From Candidatus Hermodarchaeota archaeon (GTDB lineage: Archaea; Asgardarchaeota; Hermodarchaeia; Hermodarchaeales; Hermodarchaeaceae), in contig JAEOTO010000014.1 in NCBI GenBank assembly GCA_016839805.1, positions 1 through 22,292 on the forward strand: a DNA stretch of 22,292 nucleotides. The letters are read 5' to 3'. Below are positions 16,736-22,292 of this stretch, one piece after another. Position numbers and translations under genes: made by a program. Below the pieces are notes generated by a model, which saw only the letters and a list, made by a program, of their open reading frames with translations, was not told the origin of the DNA and searched no databases. Each line of letters opens with the position of its first letter. Position 1 is the stretch's first letter.

Positions 16736-18481
16736 GTGGCTTCGGCACATCCTCCAGCAGGGTTAACAATTTCGATTAGGGAACATGAACACACATTGTT
16801 GAATTCGGATAACACAATTACACGTTTTGATCCTCGTGGCCAGATGGTTGTGAAAAACAATTCACGAAAATTTGCCGTGTGGGATACAGAGCTTGAATTG
16901 AATCGACAGAATCGAACAACACTGGGTACTGACTCGCTTGATATTGGTCGATTAGATCCAATGAATGAATGGGAAAAAGACTTCATCATAAAAGAAATCG
17001 AAACCCCCATGCTCCTTCTTACAGAGACCATAGACACGTTCTATGAACGCGTAGGAATCAATAACGCCCTTGTATTTGAGTATGACATGCCAGTTGAAAT
17101 CAGCTTAAACCTTCGAAACCATTCAGGAGCGACTATTCAAGAAGTCGTCGTCTCCAAAGAGATACCACCCATTTTCAAAAATATACAACTCCAAAAACCT
17201 CAAGTCGGAAAAGCCGAATACGACTCAAAAACTGGTCGAGTTAGTTGGATAATCAAAGAAATAATTCCTGATCAAATGGTAGTTCAACGGATCAGAGCTA
17301 CAATTACTGCGGAAGATACTGAACCTAAATCGGGTGGAAAGGTATATGTCAATTACAAGGTTCCTGATGTAATTCGAAGCACACTCGTTCCAACGCTTCA
17401 TGGTTCAACTGAAACGGAGATTAGTGTTGAACGGGAAGAACATACAATGCGGACAGGTGTTTGGCGATGTAAAGCCTCGCTTACCAATTCCAGTGAATTT
17501 CCTCTCCGCATAGAACGTGTGCAAATAGTTCTCACTGCACCTGATAACGAGTTACTTTATGAAGGTACACCAAATCATCGTTTGGAATCTGGAGAAGTTT
17601 GGGGTCACGAATTCGAAGTTAGTGCCGAACAACCTGAATTTGATATCATTGCGTTATCATCCGTGGAAGCGCCGATTGTTCAAGAAATTGTTGGGTCAAT
17701 TGAAAAAGCCGAAGTTGTCTTTTCGGTGCTTCGAGTTGAAGGAAATAAACGAGTAGAGCCATTAGAGCTCTTAGCCTGGGAACCTGCACCTGTCGCTGTC
17801 ACACTTCAAGCCAAGAATACAGGGACGACTGAATGTGATGAAATAGTCTTCATTGACCCACTACCTCCAGGATTTGAAGCTCCGGAGGATACTCAAATCC
17901 GAGTTAGAGTCGGAGATAAACCCATTACACGTAGTCTGAAAGTCAATATCCGACCCGAGGATCGCGACATAAAGATTCCCCATACACTCTCGATTCAGTT
18001 GCACGATTTAATTGAAAATCATTCACCGATTAAACCGGGGGACACGGTTACAGCGAGTTATATGACCGTAGCTCGAGCACCTAAGCCTAATTATGAATAT
18101 CAGCTTCCTGTGACCATAAAGGCGAATACCTTTCCACCTGGACCACAGGCTTTGGTGGAAATTCCTGAATCCATGGCCCCAGTTATCAAAGTGCGATCAG
18201 TTGCTCGAAAGCTTCGAAAAACACGAACAGTTGCCCCCACCGAGAAAGAGGGTGAATTGTTAGTGACCGTGACCTTCGTAAACGAAGGAGAGACTAGCCT
18301 GCATGACCCAGAATTACAGGATCTCATTCCACCCAACTTTGAATACGTCGCTGTACCCTCCGGAGCACCAGAACCAGTGCTTCGAGAAACTCCGAATGGT
18401 ACCCTTGTAGGTTGGACTTTGCCGACGATGATGAGCCGAGAAAGTTTTGTCGGAAAATATATGTATCGTCCTAAGGCGTAA
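16736..18481 (+). CDS. Cytoplasmic multi-beta-sandwich protein; N-terminal region resembles a mu-homology domain, followed by Ig/DUF11-like repeats
   Basis: SD gaggtg 9 nt before the GTG; no signal peptide or TM segment; repeated V..T....N.G......V...D.[LI]P..F units; segments similar to the mu-adaptin C-terminal domain. Confidence 0.6.
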   Translation: [581 protein letters not shown]

Positions 18482-18490
18482 CTGTTGGGA

Positions 18491-19531
18491 TTAATAATAC
18501 CAGGTTTTGACTTTAGGTTCAACGAGGCCTCGTTTGGTATCGTCAGCATAAGCATAACATACAGAGTCCAGAGGACACCTGTTTTGGCATGAAATACTCA
18601 ACAAGTGAGTTGCCACATAGCAATTCGATGTGCAACCAGTCACACAAACTGGTGAGTCGAGCAAACAGCAATTACGCCCAAAATGCCAGAAAAAGTCATC
18701 AAGCTCTAAAACAGAACGGCTTGCATGCTTACTTACTAGCGAATATGCGTCGCCAATTCGTTCACGAAGCTTAACATCCTTCGCTAGACTGATAGAATAT
18801 CGGTTTTGAAGAGCTTTGGCAAGCTTTACAGAGGGGGTAACAACACCGGTTCGCAAAGCGATTCGAGTGAGATGATTATCTACTGGAATCCGTAATTGAT
18901 CAACATCTGTGTGTGTCCACAAGTTCCGTCGAAGAATAAACTTGAGAAAGAGGAAACTCTTCTTGTTGGCGGGGTCCTCATAGGCTTTGAATTCAGATAG
19001 AAGTAATAAAAGTCCAAGTTCGGTATTATCTGGGTCAGATGAGAGGCGGTGATTAGCAGAATTTAGTAGGGTGAGTACTGATCCTTCATACTTGTCTAGG
19101 AGCACCTGCCCACTGTTCCGTAGTAGTTCTGCCCGTTCACCGGGGTTTCCTATTGTTACGCGGTTCGGTGAACACACCGTATACCAGTTTATAATTTGTT
19201 TTTCGGTGATTTTTGCCATTTTTAATGGATGGAATAGCTGTGGGTTTCGAAGGAAGCGTTTCACACTCAGATGCCAAAGGAGATCTGCGCCCTGGAAGTA
19301 TTTGCCATCTACCTTTCCTTCAAAACTCTGCCCCAGGGGACTTGTTCGATGGTCGATTGCTGTGATGAAGAAAAAGAATCTTGCTGTATCTTCAGTCTTA
19401 GTATTTTTTGGAGGAAAGAAGTGTGGGTTCAGAAAATCCTCTGCATGTGGGTTTAATTTCTGAAGGTGGCGTCCCAGTTTTTGGCATTGGGGATGGAAAA
19501 TGGTTACTGAGTTATTCACAGTAAATGACAC
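18491..19531 (-). CDS. HhH-GPD/EndoIII-superfamily glycosylase-like protein with C-terminal Cys cluster (possibly related to queuosine-salvage hydrolases)
   Basis: DP..KK..L, IPVDNHLTRIALRTG (compare EndoIII VDTH..R...R.G), LDDFFW.FGR.CC....P.C plus additional Cys residues. Confidence 0.6.
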   Translation of the reverse strand: MSFTVNNSVTIFHPQCQKLGRHLQKLNPHAEDFLNPHFFPPKNTKTEDTARFFFFITAIDHRTSPLGQSFEGKVDGKYFQGADLLWHLSVKRFLRNPQLFHPLKMAKITEKQIINWYTVCSPNRVTIGNPGERAELLRNSGQVLLDKYEGSVLTLLNSANHRLSSDPDNTELGLLLLLSEFKAYEDPANKKSFLFLKFILRRNLWTHTDVDQLRIPVDNHLTRIALRTGVVTPSVKLAKALQNRYSISLAKDVKLRERIGDAYSLVSKHASRSVLELDDFFWHFGRNCCLLDSPVCVTGCTSNCYVATHLLSISCQNRCPLDSVCYAYADDTKRGLVEPKVKTWYY

Positions 19532-19593
19532 ACCTGAACCCCTGCAAATAGGAAGGAATAAAAGTCTTTGTTAGAAGAAACCTATGAAAAGAG

Positions 19594-20166
19594 ATGCCAC
19601 CAACAAAAGACGCTAATATTGATGATGTTTTCCGGCAAATGACTGAAATCCTCGAAAAAGCACTTACGCGAATTAATGAGGTAGAACAGCATATCTCAAA
19701 GGATCTAGAAAGCATTCGCCGTCAATTAGATGCCGTTGGAGTTCTAAAGGATAATATTGCGAACTTGAATAACCGAATTGATTCTCTCAGTAAAAAATTG
19801 ACTGAGTTGAGTAAATCGGAACCTCAAGAACTTAACCGGATGATGCTTCGGGCAATCAGCGAGTTAGATAAGCGGATGCAGATGTTTTCTGTCAGTGAGG
19901 TTTTATCCCGTCTCGAATCAGGAGGTAGCTTTTCATCACGTCCGAGAGCTAGTACTCCATCTGGTGTCACTGCTCCAACGGCTCAAACCCCCAAAAAATC
20001 ACCTCCACCACCTCCTGTAGCAAAGGCAGCAGCGCCCGAACCCGCGCCGAGTACACCTGCACCGGCTTCAGCTGATGCAATGCCTGAGGCGCATGGAACA
20101 GACCAACCTTGGCGTGAACGAATGCGGGAAAAATATGGCTTGAAAAAGAAGCCAGGAAAAGTTTAG
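19594..20166 (+). CDS. Coiled-coil protein with Pro/Ala-rich disordered tail (PPPPP) and basic C-terminal helix
   Basis: About 105-aa heptad region, then SPPPPPV, PAP repeats and WRERMREKYGLKKK. Confidence 0.8.
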   Translation: MPPTKDANIDDVFRQMTEILEKALTRINEVEQHISKDLESIRRQLDAVGVLKDNIANLNNRIDSLSKKLTELSKSEPQELNRMMLRAISELDKRMQMFSVSEVLSRLESGGSFSSRPRASTPSGVTAPTAQTPKKSPPPPPVAKAAAPEPAPSTPAPASADAMPEAHGTDQPWRERMREKYGLKKKPGKV

Positions 20167-20212
20167 GGGCCTTCTAGTTCAAACTACTTCTTGATTACGT
20201 AGAAGCAGAGTG

Positions 20213-20665
20213 TTATTTCTTTTGGAGCTCCAGGGTACGTCTAATGAGCCGTTCCATTCGCAAACAATACAAAGCATCTTGGGCTGCTTGGAGAGTTTCC
20301 CTTAGTAATTCTAATGTCTGAGCGTCTGCAGAAGATGTGCGAAGATCACCAAGCGACTCAAAACCTTGGGCAATCGTAGCCGCAAGCTGTGAATAATGGG
20401 TTACACTACTGCGCCGTTGTTCTCGTAAATTCGAAAGTAGCTCTTGAAATTGAGGCTCAATCGTCTCCAATCGCCCCTTAACTAATTGATCAATCTGGGC
20501 AATCGTCTCTCGCAATGTCGATACTTCTTGAGTGAGTGCCTCTAACCGGTTAAACAAGTTGGTAAATGCTTGAGTGACAAAGGGAATTAATGCGGCATCC
20601 CCTGAATCAGGAGCAGCAGGTGGGGGTCCAGGAGGCGCTGGGGGCTGGGGTGGTTGCTCAGTCAT
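20213..20665 (-). CDS. Coiled-coil protein with N-terminal proline-rich segment
   Basis: MTEQPPQPPAPPGPPPAAP followed by heptads; SD aggtga upstream; 14 bp downstream of the 129-aa gene. Confidence 0.82.
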   Translation of the reverse strand: MTEQPPQPPAPPGPPPAAPDSGDAALIPFVTQAFTNLFNRLEALTQEVSTLRETIAQIDQLVKGRLETIEPQFQELLSNLREQRRSSVTHYSQLAATIAQGFESLGDLRTSSADAQTLELLRETLQAAQDALYCLRMERLIRRTLELQKK

Positions 20666-20679
20666 AGTGCATCACCTAA

Positions 20680-21069
20680 TTATTTTCCTCCCTTATTTGA
20701 GGCTTCTAAGTCTTTTACGGCCTTGAGAACCGCATCTAAGTTAATACGGTTTGTCAACTCGTCAACGATTTCAATCACAACGCGGATAGCTTCTTCGATA
20801 TCCTTTAAATTACTAAGCTCCTTTGCCCGATCAACCTCAGCAATAAGTTGAGTTTCGACAAGTTGTCGTTGTTCTCGAAAAGTCGTGATATCACGATGGA
20901 TTTCTTGTGCGGCGGTATTCGCTTCTTTTATGGTTTTTTCCATTTGCTGAGAGAGATTTTGTGACAATTGCTCCATCGCAGACCGAGTTGAATTTAGTTG
21001 TTCAGCTAAGTTATCAATACCTTTTTCGACCTTCGTAATAGCTTCCTTCACAGCAGCTGCATCAGACAT
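20680..21069 (-). CDS. Small coiled-coil protein
   Basis: 129 aa, all-helical heptad pattern; SD-like gagggg; 17 bp downstream of the actin-like gene. Confidence 0.82.
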   Translation of the reverse strand: MSDAAAVKEAITKVEKGIDNLAEQLNSTRSAMEQLSQNLSQQMEKTIKEANTAAQEIHRDITTFREQRQLVETQLIAEVDRAKELSNLKDIEEAIRVVIEIVDELTNRINLDAVLKAVKDLEASNKGGK

Positions 21070-21086
21070 TTATTGTCCCCTCAAAT

Positions 21087-22124
21087 TTACATTTTTGTGG
21101 CACCTAGCCAACTACTGTACATTGGATATTCAGGGTCATAAACCTTAACGACAAGATGCGGTATTTGGATTTTTAGATCGGTTTTAAGCCGGGATTTTAG
21201 TCCTGTGAACATGGATCCTCCACCAGACAGTACGATGTTTGAAGCGAGTTCAGCCCGTACAGTAGTATCGACTCGTTGCAATACATCCGTAATACCATCA
21301 GTTAAGCCTTTGTCTCCTACTCCAAGAAGAGTGGGTTGGAATAATACTTCGGGTGCTTGCCAAGGAAGAGCAGCAAGCGAGAGTTGCTCACCCTGATAGG
21401 AGAAGTTCGCTGTCTCATTAAACTGTTTATCCAATTGAACAGGGTGCACCTGGCACAGGGATTGTTTGATGTCATTTATTGCTTTTCCATCATTGGCGAG
21501 TTGAGAGTATAATGAAGATAGTTCGGTTGTGGTAGCTTCGGCTTGATGAAGGAGAAGCTTACGAATTTCTGCAGACACAAAGAAACTTCCAGTGATTAGG
21601 GACAAAACATGTTCCTCCAAGAGAAATCCGCGATAAATTGGGGTGATATGGGTTACCGTATAGCCAATATCTACAATCAATCCCGTTTTTCGTCCCCAGT
21701 TAACCCATGTTAACACTTGTTGAATTGCAGCATCCACATGCAAGCACCCAAGTGCCTCTCGCAGGGTTTGAGACATATCGGTAACTTGGTCAGATTTAGA
21801 TTGCGGGAAAACTAGGAGCATTAATTCCACATTATCTCGGTGTTGATGTAATTCAGGAAATTGCTCCATTGCCAGATTACAAAGTTGAGCGACAAGGGTA
21901 GTATCCTTTGGTAGGAGCCCATCTTCAAACGGAAAGACCCAAGTGCTCCTCCCTGGATCAAGCTCATGAAAGATTGGGTTACCACTTTTATTCTCAGTAC
22001 TTTTGAGAGCTGCAGGCATGACTAATGGTTCTGGTCGTGTTGGAGGACCACATTTGATGTAGCCACTACCCAGGTCGATGATTAAACTCTTGGGAGTTTT
22101 ATTCACATTTGGGAGTCTAGGCAT
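21087..22124 (-). CDS. Divergent actin-related protein (actin/Arp family)
   Basis: IIDLGSGYIKCG (phosphate 1), FPFEDG (=YPIEHG), AIQQVL (=AIQAVL), GLIVDIG..VTHITPIY.G (phosphate 2), DIKQSLC, APEVLFQP.LLG, D..VR.EL..NIVLSGG.SMF.GL..RL, YSSWLGA. These are actin-specific rather than MreB-type motifs. Confidence 0.92.
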   Translation of the reverse strand: MPRLPNVNKTPKSLIIDLGSGYIKCGPPTRPEPLVMPAALKSTENKSGNPIFHELDPGRSTWVFPFEDGLLPKDTTLVAQLCNLAMEQFPELHQHRDNVELMLLVFPQSKSDQVTDMSQTLREALGCLHVDAAIQQVLTWVNWGRKTGLIVDIGYTVTHITPIYRGFLLEEHVLSLITGSFFVSAEIRKLLLHQAEATTTELSSLYSQLANDGKAINDIKQSLCQVHPVQLDKQFNETANFSYQGEQLSLAALPWQAPEVLFQPTLLGVGDKGLTDGITDVLQRVDTTVRAELASNIVLSGGGSMFTGLKSRLKTDLKIQIPHLVVKVYDPEYPMYSSWLGATKM

Positions 22125-22202
22125 TATGTTTGAAAACAGTTTCTGTCTCTGTGAGAAAAGCAGACTCTTTTTCAGGAAGGTTTAGAGGCGACGACGCGTT
22201 GT

Positions 22203-22292
22203 TTATTTCGCCTGTTGCTTTGCAAGCGTGGCTGCACTTTTCCAAGTAAAGTTGATTGCATCTTCCAGTGCGTAAACGTTAACTGGCAAATG
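22203..22292 (-). CDS. 3' end of an upstream gene, probably a second actin-like paralog (partial)
   Basis: The minus-strand frame from the window edge reads HLPVNVYALEDAINFTWKSAATLAKQQAK*. It aligns without gaps to the neighbour's C-terminus HLVVKVYDPEYPMYSSWLGA (8/20 identical). Confidence 0.6.
   Translation of the reverse strand, partial: HLPVNVYALEDAINFTWKSAATLAKQQAK

Noticed and set aside
16531-18555. Antisense ORFs 16531..17037 (168 aa) and 18100..18555 (151 aa)
   Set aside because: They lie antisense to supported genes, have composition typical of reverse-frame translation, and show no motifs.
19594-21069. Coiled-coil proteins as ESCRT-III/CdvB, SNARE or prefoldin homologues
   Set aside because: No recognisable Snf7 core/MIM pattern, TM anchor or prefoldin beta-hairpin is visible by eye; left unassigned pending profile searches.
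22125-22202. The upstream partial ORF is in the same frame as the actin-like gene, suggesting a read-through fusion or split pseudogene
   Set aside because: Two in-frame TAA stops intervene, the spacer does not look coding, and the upstream peptide resembles an actin C-terminus, which fits a separate paralog.
1-22292. tRNA/rRNA genes, CRISPR arrays, transposases
   Set aside because: None were recognised; the intergenic gaps are short and show no cloverleaf or repeat-spacer pattern.

Overview
Gene-dense archaeal chromosomal window, most likely from an Asgard-type archaeon. This is inferred from the archaeal-type LeuRS and PolB1 occurring together with several eukaryote-like proteins. Left to right it holds: a 5'-truncated E1/ThiF enzyme with a C-terminal ubiquitin-like fold; a Zn-ribbon-Yip1 membrane protein; leuS behind a long, apparently structured leader; a NikR-type regulator with a Zn/Mn-class metal ABC transporter and a small Cys-rich protein; several hypotheticals; a PolB1 carrying two LAGLIDADG inteins only 19 codons apart; a PPC/DUF296 protein; a cytoplasmic all-beta protein resembling the mu-adaptin/delta-COP mu-homology domain; and an HhH/Fe-S glycosylase-like protein. 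The right end has the most striking locus. A divergent actin-related gene is preceded by what looks like the 3' end of a second actin-like paralog that the ORF track missed. It is followed by three small coiled-coil genes, two with polyproline tracts and one ending in a WH2-like motif, which suggests a candidate actin nucleation or regulation module. All family calls are by-eye motif recognition and no database searches were run.
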